From contig CAVVUN010000015.1 of assembly GCA_963751455.1 (NCBI GenBank), forward strand, positions 256,001-320,000: a stretch of 64,000 nucleotides of DNA, read 5' to 3'. The notes beneath the pieces were generated by a model. It made no database searches. It was not told where the DNA came from and saw only the letters and a list, made by a program, of their open reading frames with translations. Positions 21,327 through 30,758 of this stretch are shown one piece after another (position 1 is the first letter of the stretch; each line of letters opens with the position of its first letter). The stretch comes from Nitrospirota bacterium (GTDB taxonomy: Bacteria; Nitrospirota; UBA9217). Position numbers and translations under genes: made by a program.

Positions 21327-21386
21327 CGCCGCTTCGCGGCGTCATATTGGGGCGGATGCGCCTGATCCTGATATGCCGCTCGCGCG

Positions 21387-21448
21387 GCATATCAAAGCGA
21401 ATCGAAGCCGTCGCCCCTGCGGGCTGCGGCTCATTCGGCCCATTCGCC
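21387..21448 (+). other. Degenerate attC-like fold
   Basis: GCATATC...AAT[C]GA[A]GCCG...CGGCTCATT; arms resemble the 18355 site. Confidence 0.45.
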
Positions 21449-21462
21449 GTCATGAGGTTTCA

Positions 21463-21885
21463 ATGAATAGATTACTTAATGGTACCATTATTGTCCTAGC
21501 GATATTTACATTGAGCGGCTGTTTTTATACTTTTAAACGAGATGTGTCTTTCGATGAGGTTAAGAAGGGAATGAGCACAATTAATTATTCAGATGGAATA
21601 AGTGATCTCGAAGCTAAATATATTTCTCAGCATTATCTACTGACTTCAAATGAAGAGCCGTGCAAGTCTTTAGCGAAAGTTTATGATATTGGAACGCAAT
21701 ATCGAAAACTAGTTAAGGATGTAAATGGGGCAGAACATTTTTATATGGGTTTTTTGAAATATGGTTGGTTTGTTGTTAAACCAAATGCGCCTTGGTTGCG
21801 CTTATTGGTCGATGCAAAAACAGGGAAAGTCACTTGCATTGGAGAAATACATCTGCAGGACGAACAGAACTATACAATCCGCTAA
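21463..21885 (+). CDS. AT-rich putative lipoprotein (cassette-like)
   Basis: Signal peptide with lipobox LSGC. Confidence 0.7.
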   Translation: MNRLLNGTIIVLAIFTLSGCFYTFKRDVSFDEVKKGMSTINYSDGISDLEAKYISQHYLLTSNEEPCKSLAKVYDIGTQYRKLVKDVNGAEHFYMGFLKYGWFVVKPNAPWLRLLVDAKTGKVTCIGEIHLQDEQNYTIR

Positions 21886-21948
21886 TACGAACCATTCAGC
21901 TCGTTGCGCCAAGATAAATCCGAAACAATGGGAATAGGAGCGTTATAA

Positions 21949-22095
21949 AACATTAAAGAAAATGGTATTGAGTTTTTCTCTGAGCCAATAACAATGAAAG
22001 AACTAGCTAGTGTTGCTGGATTCCAATTTGTTTATTTTAAGGATCCGGAGGGAAATATAATCGAATTGAATGAATTACCGGAAAATGAAATATGA
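21949..22095 (+). pseudogene. VOC/glyoxalase family, C-terminal fragment
   Basis: KENGIEFFSEP...FVYFKDPEGNIIELNE*. Confidence 0.75.
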
Positions 22096-22106
22096 GCATA
22101 TTATCA

Positions 22107-22194
22107 AACAGAAAAGACGGTGATTTCTCACCGCGTTGTTTTTATTGATGCCAGTTTTAATTCCGTGGTTCTATGCTTTTTCCGAAGCAGCCTG
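22107..22194. repeat. Third, short copy of small-gene 3' end plus terminator
   Basis: aacagaaaag.cggtgatttctcaccg...ctatgctttttccgaagcagcctg matches 19325-19410 and 29741-29820. Confidence 0.85.
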
Positions 22195-22556
22195 TCTACA
22201 AACACTTGGACGCGGTATGGAGCCGAAGATTTTCTGTTCCGCCAGAAGGCGAAAGAATCAGCAGATAACGCTTCACGCATGATATTTAAGTCCGGAACGA
22301 AATTGATCCCGCCCGATTCAAGAAAGCTGCATCGAAATGATTGAAACTGCAACAAATAGCTGAAACGCTCTCACGATAAGCTTTTCGTTTCCGCAAATAG
22401 CCTTTTTCTGACGTTTCTCACTAATAAATCTGGACAAAAACAAATTCTTATTGTAAAATTTTATTTAAATACTAAAGTACTCAAATTTATTAATGAATAG
22501 GTTTTTTTACAAAATATCACTATATTTTTAGGCATTTATGCAAATAGGAAAATGAT

Positions 22557-23498
22557 ATGCATCTTAAAACCATTATGCCCGCGCTGCTCTTTGTGCTTTT
22601 CGGGCCGGTCCCATCTCATGCCGCTTTAGCGGCAAAGGTGGAGATGCAGTCTCTTCAGATAGTCCCCGTCGAAACCGCAGCCGGAAAACACCCTGAAATT
22701 GTAGGAACTATTAAAGCAAGCAGTGTAAAAGCAGCAGGTGAAACTACGGAAGTAAACGTCATTGCCTCCCTGGTCCGACCGGACCACTCCGTAAAATCCT
22801 GGACGTGGAAAAAAATATCGATCAAGGCCGGTGATTCCAAGAGTTTTTCCGTTCCGAAGGAATACGATGCAAAAATGGAAGGGGTCTATAAAGTCGATTT
22901 CGGAGTCTATTCGAAAGACATGCGGCCTCTGCACAGGCTATCAAAGAGTTTTACCGTGGTTGATCCATCACAGCCTCGTGCCAAGACGAAATCCCCCCAG
23001 ATCATGACACGAAGTACCGGCACCAGTTCCGCGAAAGCTCCCGGTCTACGCGCATATGACCACCGTATCGGTGTCGGCCTCTCTGCGAACCTTGTTAATA
23101 CCGCTGGAGGAGCTACGCTGCTTTTCCGGCCGTTCAAGCATGTGGGGCTGCAGACCAGTTACACAACGGGGAGGTTCAGTACCGCTGAAGGCCGGCTGCT
23201 GGCATGGTTTCCGCTTTCCGCAAGGTTCACTCCGTATCTGGGCATCGGGTATGCGAGTGTTACAACGGAGCGGACGGTGGACGTCATCGGTGTCAAGGCC
23301 GAGTTCACCGATAGCGGCGTGAGCGGCGTTATTGGCGCCGAAATTCCCCTGAGCAAGACCGTGTCGGGCTATGTCGAAGTAAGCGGCGCAGGCATTGATC
23401 TGAAAAAAGAGGTAACCAGTGGAGCACAGACAGGGATCGCCACTGTGGAGTATTCTCCTGTTACCGTGGGGTTTAGTATCGTCTATTTCTTATTTTGA
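22557..23498 (+). CDS. Outer-membrane beta-barrel protein with N-terminal beta-sandwich domain
   Basis: Signal peptide, amphipathic strands (TPYLGIGY, GVIGAEIPL), C-terminal YFLF. Confidence 0.7.
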   Translation: MHLKTIMPALLFVLFGPVPSHAALAAKVEMQSLQIVPVETAAGKHPEIVGTIKASSVKAAGETTEVNVIASLVRPDHSVKSWTWKKISIKAGDSKSFSVPKEYDAKMEGVYKVDFGVYSKDMRPLHRLSKSFTVVDPSQPRAKTKSPQIMTRSTGTSSAKAPGLRAYDHRIGVGLSANLVNTAGGATLLFRPFKHVGLQTSYTTGRFSTAEGRLLAWFPLSARFTPYLGIGYASVTTERTVDVIGVKAEFTDSGVSGVIGAEIPLSKTVSGYVEVSGAGIDLKKEVTSGAQTGIATVEYSPVTVGFSIVYFLF

Positions 23499-23552
23499 CC
23501 CGATGCATTTGCGTGATCTTCCGGACGGTAACGAATAAGCGGAGGTTGCCCC

Positions 23553-26500
23553 ATGAAAAATTGCAATATTCGATTGGTCGGCTTACTCTGTGGAGCACTG
23601 TTCCTGAGTCTTGCGTTCGGCTGTAAGGGTGGAGGCAACGCAAGCTTCACTCTGTTCGGAGGTTCGAGATATGTCGTCTCGATCGAGGTAACGCCGACCA
23701 ATCCCAGCATCGCCCCCGGCACAACCAGGCAGTTCACAGCCACCGCTGTCTATTCTGATAATACGACGCAGGACCTGACCGCATCCGCTGCCTGGAGCTC
23801 ATCGAATACGGCAGTTGCCACCGTCAGCAATACGGCCGGTTCCAATGGACTTGCCGCCTCGGTCGCTGCCGGTTCGACCACGATCACGGCGACGCTTGCC
23901 GGTGTATCAGGCGGTACGGACCTCACGGTGACCGCTGCAACGCTCGTCTCGATAGAAGTAACTCCGATCAATCCGAGCATCGCCCTTAACACGACCAGAC
24001 AGTTTACTGCCACAGGGATCTATTCCGACAATACGGCCCAGGACGTTACCGGGTCCGTTACCTGGAGTTCATCTAATACCGCAGTTGCCGCCATAAGCAG
24101 CACTGCCGGCACCGCCGCCTCGGTCGCTGCCGGTTCGACCACGATCACGGCGACGGCAGGTGCAATTTCGGGCAGCACCACGCTTACCGTGACCGCGGCA
24201 ACGCTTGTCTCGATCGAAGTATCGCCGACCAATCCGAGCATTGCCATCGGTATGAACAGACAGTTTACTGCCATGGGAATCTACTCGGACAGCACAAGCC
24301 TGGACCTGACCGCGTCCGTTACGTGGAGTTCATCGAATACCGCAGTTGCCGCGGTAAGCAATATCGCAGGCTCCAACGGACTCGCCACCCCGGTCGCTGC
24401 CGGCTCGACCACGGTCACGGCGACGACAGGTGCAATCTCCGGCAGCGCCACTCTGACCGTGACTGCGGCAACGCTCGTCTCGATCCAGGTCTCGCCGACC
24501 ACTCCGAGCATCGCCCTCAACACAACCAGACAGTTTACTGCAATGGGGATCTATTCCGACAGCACGAGTCAGGATCTGACCGGATCCGTTACCTGGAGTT
24601 CATCGACTACCGCAATTGCCGCAGTCAGCAACGCGCCGGGTTCCAACGGTCTGGCCACCTCTGTCGCTGCCGGCTCGACCACGATCACCGCGAGACTCGC
24701 CGGTGTATTAGGCGGCACGGACCTCACGGTGACCACGGCAACGCTCGTCTCGATCGAAGTAGCGCCGACCAATCCGGGCATTGCGCGTGCCACAAACAGA
24801 CAGTTCACTGCCACGGGGATCTATTCCGACAGCACGACCCAGGACCTGACCGCGTCCGTTACGTGGAGTTCATCGAATACGGCAATTGCCGCGGTCAGTA
24901 ACGCGCCCGGTTCCAATGGGCTGGCTGCTGCGGTCGGAGCCGGCTCGACCACGGTCACGGCGACGGCAGGCGCAATCTCGGAAAGCACCGCGCTGACAGT
25001 GACTGCGGCAACCCTGGTCTCGATCCAGGTTTCGCCGACTAATCCGAGCATCGCCCTCAATACGACCGGTCAGTTTACTGCAACAGGGATCTATTCCGAC
25101 AGCACGACCCAGGACCTGACCGCGTCCGTTACGTGGAGTTCATCGAATACGGCAATTGCCGCGGTCAGTAACGCGCCCGGTTCCAATGGGCTGGCTGCGG
25201 CGGTCGGAGCCGGCTCGACCACGGTCACGGCGACGACAGGTGCAATCTCCGGCAGCGCCACTCTGACCGTGACCGCGGCAACGCTCGTCTCGATCCAGGT
25301 AACGCCTACGAATCCGAGCATCGCCCCCGGCACGACCAGTCAGTTTACTGCCATGGGGATCTATTCCGACAGCACGAGCCAGGACCTGACCGCGTCCGTT
25401 ATCTGGAACTCATCGGCTGCCGGAGTTGCCGCAATAAGCAATACCGCAGGCTCCAACGGACTCGCCACCCCGGTCGCTGCCGGTTCAACCACGATCACGG
25501 CGACGTCAGGGTCGATCTCCAACAGCGCCACGCTGACCGTGACCGCGGCAACGCTCGTCTCGATCCAGGTAACGCCTACGAATCCGGGCATCGCCCCCGG
25601 CACGACCAGTCAGTTTATTGCCATGGGGATCTATTCCGACAGCACGAGCCAGGACTTGACCGGGTCCGTCACGTGGAGCTCATCGAATACAGCAGTTGCC
25701 ACGATAAGCCGAAGTGGCGGAACCGCAACCTCGGTAGCCGCCGGCTTGACCACGATCACGGCAACGTCAGGGTCGGTCTCCAACAGCGCCACGCTCGCAG
25801 TGACTGCGGCAACGCTCGTCTCGATTGAAGTAACTCCGACCAATCCGAGCATTGCTCTCAATACGACCAGGCAGTTTACCGCAACAGGGATCTATTCCGA
25901 CAGCACGAGCCAGGACCTGACTGCGTCCGTAACCTGGAGCTCATCCAATGCCGTAATTGCCGCGGTCAGTAACGTGCCGGGTTCCAACGGTCTCGCTACT
26001 GCGGCCGGAGCAGGTTCGAGCACAATCACGGCAACGTCAGGGTCGATATCCAACAGCACAACGCTGACAGTAACTGCAGCGACGCTCGTCTCGATCCAGG
26101 TAACACCTACGAATCCGAGCATTGCCCCGGGCACGACCAGGCAGTTTACTGCAACGGGGATCTATTCCGACAGCACGAGCCAGGACCTGACCGCGTCCGT
26201 TACGTGGAGCTCATCGAATACTGGGGTTGCCACGGTCAGCAATACTGCCGGCACCAACGGACTGGCCACCGCGGTCGCTGCCGGTTCGGCCATGATCACG
26301 GCAACGTCAGGGTCGAGCTCCAACAGCACCACGCTCACGGTGAGCGCAGCAACGCTCGTCTCGATTGAAGTAACTCCGACCAATCCGAGCATTGCTCCCG
26401 GCACGACCAGGCAGTTTACCGCAACAGGGATCTATTCCGACAGTACGAGCCAGGACCTGACCGCGTCCGTTACGTGGAGTTCTTCGAATACCGCGGTTGC

Positions 26501-29500
26501 CACGGTAAGCAATACTGCCGGTGCCAATGGACTGGCTACCTCGGGCGGAGCCGGTTCGACAACTATCACGGCGACGTCAGGGTCGATCTCCAACAGCACC
26601 ACGCTCACGGTGACCGCGGCAACGCTCGTCTCGATTGAAGTAACTCCGACCAATCCGAGCATTGCTCTCGGTACGACCAGGCAGTTTACCGCAACGGGGA
26701 TCTATTCCGACAGTACGAGCCAGGATCTGACCGCGTCCGTTACGTGGAACTCATCGAATACGGGGGTTGCCACGGTCAGCAACACTGCCGGCAGCAACGG
26801 ATTCGCCACCTCGGTCGCTGCCGGTTCGGCCATGATCACGGCAACGTCAGGGTCGATCTCCAACAGCACCACGCTCACGGTGAGTGCGGCAACGCTGGTT
26901 TCGATCCAGGTAACGCCTACCAATCCGAGCATTGCTCTCGGTACGACCCGGCAGTTTACTGCAATGGGGATCTATTCCGACAGTACGAGCCAGGACCTGA
27001 CCGCGTTCGTTACGTGGAGTTCTTCGAATACCGCAGTTGCCACGGTCAGCAATACTGCAGGTGCCAATGGGCTGGCCGCCTCGGTCGCAGCCGGTTCGAC
27101 AACTATCACGGCGACGTCAGGGTCGATCTCCAACAGCACCACTTTGACGGTGACGGCAGCGACGCTCCTTTCAATTGAAGTAACGCCTACCGATCCGAGC
27201 ATCGCCCTTGCCATGACCAGGCAGTTTACTGCAACAGGAATTTATTCCGACAGCACGAGCCAGGACCTGACCGCGTTCGTTACGTGGAGTTCTTCGAATA
27301 CCGCAGTTGCCACGGTCAGCAATACTGCCGGCTCCAATGGACTGGCCACCTCGGTCGGAGCCGGTTCCACAACGATCACGGCAACGTCAGGAATAATCTC
27401 GAACAGTACCACCCTAACAGTGACCTCGGTAACGCTGATCTCGATACAGGTCTCGCCGACCAATCCGAGCATCGCGACCGGAACAACCAGGCAGTTTACT
27501 GCAACAGGAATTTATTCCGACAGCACGAGCCGGGACCTGACCGCGTCCGTTGCCTGGAGCTCATCGAATCCCGCAGTTGCGACCGTAAGCAGCACCGGCG
27601 CAGCCACCTCGGTCGCTGCCGGTTCGGCCACGATCACGGCGACATCAGGAATAGTCTCGGACAGCACCACTCTTACAGTGACTGGGGCAACGCTTGTCTC
27701 GATCCAGGTCTCACCGACCAATCCCAGCATCGCGACCGGAACAACCAGACAGTTTACTGCAACGGGGATCTATTCCGACAGCACGAGCCAGGACCTGACC
27801 ACGTCCGTTGCCTGGAGCTCATCGAATACGGGAGTTGCCACCGTAAGCAGCACCGGCGCCGCCACACCGGTCGCTGCCGGATCGGCCACGATCACGGCGA
27901 CATCAGGAATAGTCTCGGACAGCACCACACTGACGGTGTCCGCGGCAACGCTCGTTTCGATCCAGGTAACGCCCACCAATTCGAGCATTGCCCTCGGCAC
28001 GACCAGGCAGTTTACTGCAACGGGGATCTATTCCGACAGCACGAGCCAGGACCTGACCGCGTCGGTTGTCTGGAGCTCTTCGAATACCGCAGTTGCCACC
28101 ATAAGCAGCACGGGCAGCGCCACCCCGGTTGCAGCCGGCTCGATCACGATTACGGCGGCATCGGGAATAGTCTGGGGCAGCACCACCCTGACGGTGACCG
28201 CCGGAACGCTCGACTCGATCGAGGTAACGCCGACCAGTCCCAGCATCGCGCTCGGCTCAACCAGTCAGTTCACCGCGACCGGCATCTATTCCGACAGCAC
28301 GACACAGGACCTGACTGCGTCGGTCGTCTGGAGCTCTTCGAATCCCGGAGTTGCTGCGGTAAGTAATACTGCCGGCTCCAATGGAATTGCCACCCCGGTC
28401 GCTGCCGGTTCGACCGTGATTGCGGCGACTTCGGGAACGGTTTCCAATAGCACCACGCTGACAGTGACCACGGCAACGCTGGTGTCGATCGAAGTCATAC
28501 CGACTGATCCTGCTGTCCCGATTGACATAGCCCTGCAGTTCTCGGCGAACGGCGTCTACTCGGACGGCTCTGTTCAGGATCTGACGCCGCTGCTCACCTG
28601 GACTTCATCGAACACGGGGGTTGCCACGATCAGCAATGCGGCGGGCTCCAACGGCTTCGCCATACCCGTTGCGCCGGGTACGACGACTATTACGGCATGG
28701 TTCGAAGGCGTGTCAGGATCATCAATGCTCACTGTGACTGCGGCGACACTGACATCAATCAGCATATCACCAGCTGCGGCCCAGATCGCTATTGGAACGA
28801 CTGAGCAGTTCACTGCGACCGGAACGTTCAGCGACGGCACGACCCAGGACATCACCGCGTCGGTTGTATGGACCTCATCGGATAGCGCAGTTGCGACTAT
28901 AAGCAATACTGCCGGGTCCAATGGACTTGCGAACTCGGTCACTACCGGCTCGGCCACGATCACTGCCGCACTGGGGGCGGTTACGAACACCACGACGCTC
29001 ACCGTGACGACTGCAACTCTCACGTCTATCACTATTACACCCGGCAATGCAACAATCGCAGCCGGTGCGCCTGTGCAGTACGCTGCAACAGGCAGTTTCT
29101 CCGACGGGTCCAGCCAGGACCTTACCACACAGGTGACCTGGAAATCCGCGAACAAGTCCATCGCGACCGTCAGCAATGCGTCCGGATCCAGGGGACTCGT
29201 AACGCCTGTAAACGGAGGCACGACCACGATCAGCGCCACGCATGCCGCGACCAGCGTAACAGGATCGACTACGGTTACCGTATCATCGGCTACGCTGACG
29301 AGCATCGTCGTAACGCCAGCGGATACGACCCTGAGGGCAGGGAGGACCCAGCAGTTCACCGCAACAGGGAACTATTCAGACGGATCGACCCAGGACCTGA
29401 CCAAGTCCACGAGCTTGACCTGGTCCTCATCGAACACGGCCTTTGCGACGATCATCAATAAGCCGCCAAAGAACAAGGGACTGGCCACAGGTGTGAGCGC

Positions 29501-29570
29501 GGGCATCGTCACCATTACGGCCCAGATGAAAGGTTCTCTCAGCGGCAGTACAACGCTCACGGTATATTGA
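23553..29570 (+). CDS. Lipoprotein adhesin with 22 tandem Big_2 Ig-like repeats (LigA-like)
   Basis: Lipobox AFGC; 86-90 aa repeats SI.VTP.NPSIA.G..QFTATG.YSD...DLT..VTWSSSN. Confidence 0.92.
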   Translation: MKNCNIRLVGLLCGALFLSLAFGCKGGGNASFTLFGGSRYVVSIEVTPTNPSIAPGTTRQFTATAVYSDNTTQDLTASAAWSSSNTAVATVSNTAGSNGLAASVAAGSTTITATLAGVSGGTDLTVTAATLVSIEVTPINPSIALNTTRQFTATGIYSDNTAQDVTGSVTWSSSNTAVAAISSTAGTAASVAAGSTTITATAGAISGSTTLTVTAATLVSIEVSPTNPSIAIGMNRQFTAMGIYSDSTSLDLTASVTWSSSNTAVAAVSNIAGSNGLATPVAAGSTTVTATTGAISGSATLTVTAATLVSIQVSPTTPSIALNTTRQFTAMGIYSDSTSQDLTGSVTWSSSTTAIAAVSNAPGSNGLATSVAAGSTTITARLAGVLGGTDLTVTTATLVSIEVAPTNPGIARATNRQFTATGIYSDSTTQDLTASVTWSSSNTAIAAVSNAPGSNGLAAAVGAGSTTVTATAGAISESTALTVTAATLVSIQVSPTNPSIALNTTGQFTATGIYSDSTTQDLTASVTWSSSNTAIAAVSNAPGSNGLAAAVGAGSTTVTATTGAISGSATLTVTAATLVSIQVTPTNPSIAPGTTSQFTAMGIYSDSTSQDLTASVIWNSSAAGVAAISNTAGSNGLATPVAAGSTTITATSGSISNSATLTVTAATLVSIQVTPTNPGIAPGTTSQFIAMGIYSDSTSQDLTGSVTWSSSNTAVATISRSGGTATSVAAGLTTITATSGSVSNSATLAVTAATLVSIEVTPTNPSIALNTTRQFTATGIYSDSTSQDLTASVTWSSSNAVIAAVSNVPGSNGLATAAGAGSSTITATSGSISNSTTLTVTAATLVSIQVTPTNPSIAPGTTRQFTATGIYSDSTSQDLTASVTWSSSNTGVATVSNTAGTNGLATAVAAGSAMITATSGSSSNSTTLTVSAATLVSIEVTPTNPSIAPGTTRQFTATGIYSDSTSQDLTASVTWSSSNTAVATVSNTAGANGLATSGGAGSTTITATSGSISNSTTLTVTAATLVSIEVTPTNPSIALGTTRQFTATGIYSDSTSQDLTASVTWNSSNTGVATVSNTAGSNGFATSVAAGSAMITATSGSISNSTTLTVSAATLVSIQVTPTNPSIALGTTRQFTAMGIYSDSTSQDLTAFVTWSSSNTAVATVSNTAGANGLAASVAAGSTTITATSGSISNSTTLTVTAATLLSIEVTPTDPSIALAMTRQFTATGIYSDSTSQDLTAFVTWSSSNTAVATVSNTAGSNGLATSVGAGSTTITATSGIISNSTTLTVTSVTLISIQVSPTNPSIATGTTRQFTATGIYSDSTSRDLTASVAWSSSNPAVATVSSTGAATSVAAGSATITATSGIVSDSTTLTVTGATLVSIQVSPTNPSIATGTTRQFTATGIYSDSTSQDLTTSVAWSSSNTGVATVSSTGAATPVAAGSATITATSGIVSDSTTLTVSAATLVSIQVTPTNSSIALGTTRQFTATGIYSDSTSQDLTASVVWSSSNTAVATISSTGSATPVAAGSITITAASGIVWGSTTLTVTAGTLDSIEVTPTSPSIALGSTSQFTATGIYSDSTTQDLTASVVWSSSNPGVAAVSNTAGSNGIATPVAAGSTVIAATSGTVSNSTTLTVTTATLVSIEVIPTDPAVPIDIALQFSANGVYSDGSVQDLTPLLTWTSSNTGVATISNAAGSNGFAIPVAPGTTTITAWFEGVSGSSMLTVTAATLTSISISPAAAQIAIGTTEQFTATGTFSDGTTQDITASVVWTSSDSAVATISNTAGSNGLANSVTTGSATITAALGAVTNTTTLTVTTATLTSITITPGNATIAAGAPVQYAATGSFSDGSSQDLTTQVTWKSANKSIATVSNASGSRGLVTPVNGGTTTISATHAATSVTGSTTVTVSSATLTSIVVTPADTTLRAGRTQQFTATGNYSDGSTQDLTKSTSLTWSSSNTAFATIINKPPKNKGLATGVSAGIVTITAQMKGSLSGSTTLTVY

Positions 29571-29792
29571 TGACGCGAATGCCGCTGTTCGTAGAGCTCG
29601 GATGAGGCAATCTTTTCTACCAGCATACAAAGCAGCTTTAGAGAAAAAAGACTTTGTCGTTCAAGTTTTGAGCTCAGGATCAGACCTATACTCTGGTTCG
29701 CTTACCTCTGTTGGTAAAAGCGTTGTCACATTTTTTAGCCAACAGAAAAGGCGGTGATTTCTCACCGCCTTGTACGAGCTTTAATTCCGATC

Positions 29793-30101
29793 CTACGCTT
29801 TTTCCGAAGCAGTCTGCCGGATTGCTGTTGGCGCTGATACCACATAACCCAGTACTGTTCCAACCAGCCCGCCGACCACCAGGCTCACCGCTGCTGCAGC
29901 TGCGATGCCGACCATAATCCCGATGACCACTGCTGCCCGCACGAAGAGCGTCGGTTCCACCGCGCCCATCAGCTTTTGCAGAAGGATCAAAGTCCCGAAC
30001 GATCCGAAGTAGAACCCCGGCACGATCCCGAATACTGCGAACACCAGCCCGCCTGCTGTAGCCCCGATCCTCATTCCTGTTTTAATGGTCTCGTTCTTCA
30101 T
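29793..30101 (-). CDS. Small Gly/Ala-rich membrane protein (copy B)
   Basis: Near-identical to 19386-19694. Confidence 0.8.
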   Translation of the reverse strand: MKNETIKTGMRIGATAGGLVFAVFGIVPGFYFGSFGTLILLQKLMGAVEPTLFVRAAVVIGIMVGIAAAAAVSLVVGGLVGTVLGYVVSAPTAIRQTASEKA

Positions 30102-30200
30102 GGCTATCTCCTTTCTGCCGCAGCTAATGGATTTTGAACCCCGTTTGTTGCTCAATCTATATTAAGATAAGTCACGTGCCGAATTGCGCGGTTGACCGGT

Positions 30201-30512
30201 TCACTTTGAATAAGTCTCTGCAACAACGGGGTGAACCATCAGGCCCATTCCCTGACCGATTAACCAGCCGATTGACGATGAAGCCGTGGTGATCATGATC
30301 CCCGATACCATCACACCCAGGAGCATGGAGACCAGGACGATCATGCGTGAAAGGATCCCCGGCTCAAGGGGAAGACCGAACAGCATGCCCGCCGCGCTCA
30401 CTCCCATGGCGCCTCCGATGAGGCTTCCCGGCAGCAATCCGAAGAGTCCGAAAAGAACCAGTCCTGCACCCGCTCCTGCGTAAGCACCCTGTTTTGATTT
30501 TGAGGTCTTCAT
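30201..30512 (-). CDS. Small Gly/Ala-rich membrane protein (copy B)
   Basis: Near-identical to 19794-20105. Confidence 0.8.
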   Translation of the reverse strand: MKTSKSKQGAYAGAGAGLVLFGLFGLLPGSLIGGAMGVSAAGMLFGLPLEPGILSRMIVLVSMLLGVMVSGIMITTASSSIGWLIGQGMGLMVHPVVAETYSK

Positions 30513-30551
30513 TTTCGTTTCCTCCTTTTCGCGTCGTCTTGCCTTTGTAAT

Positions 30552-30568
30552 TGCATCAGTCATGCCAA
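30552..30568 (-). promoter_or_regulatory. Sigma54 promoter (copy B)
   Basis: TTGGCATGACTGATGCA. Confidence 0.7.
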
Positions 30569-30758
30569 AGAGTAACATGCTGATTTTGCTGGAATCAGGG
30601 GAAGAAGGTCTTTTGCAGAAGTGAGAAGAATCGGCGGAGCTTTTTTAGAGATGCAAAACTGATCAGTAGTTGAGTGGAACAAAATCGACAAAAAGCTACC
30701 ACCCGTTTAGCATGCTATGCCTGAATTTGCTCTGCGGATTAGCGATATAATTAATACC

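Noticed and set aside
23750-29626. Series of ~80 aa minus-strand ORFs
   Set aside because: Antisense shadows of the Big_2 repeats.
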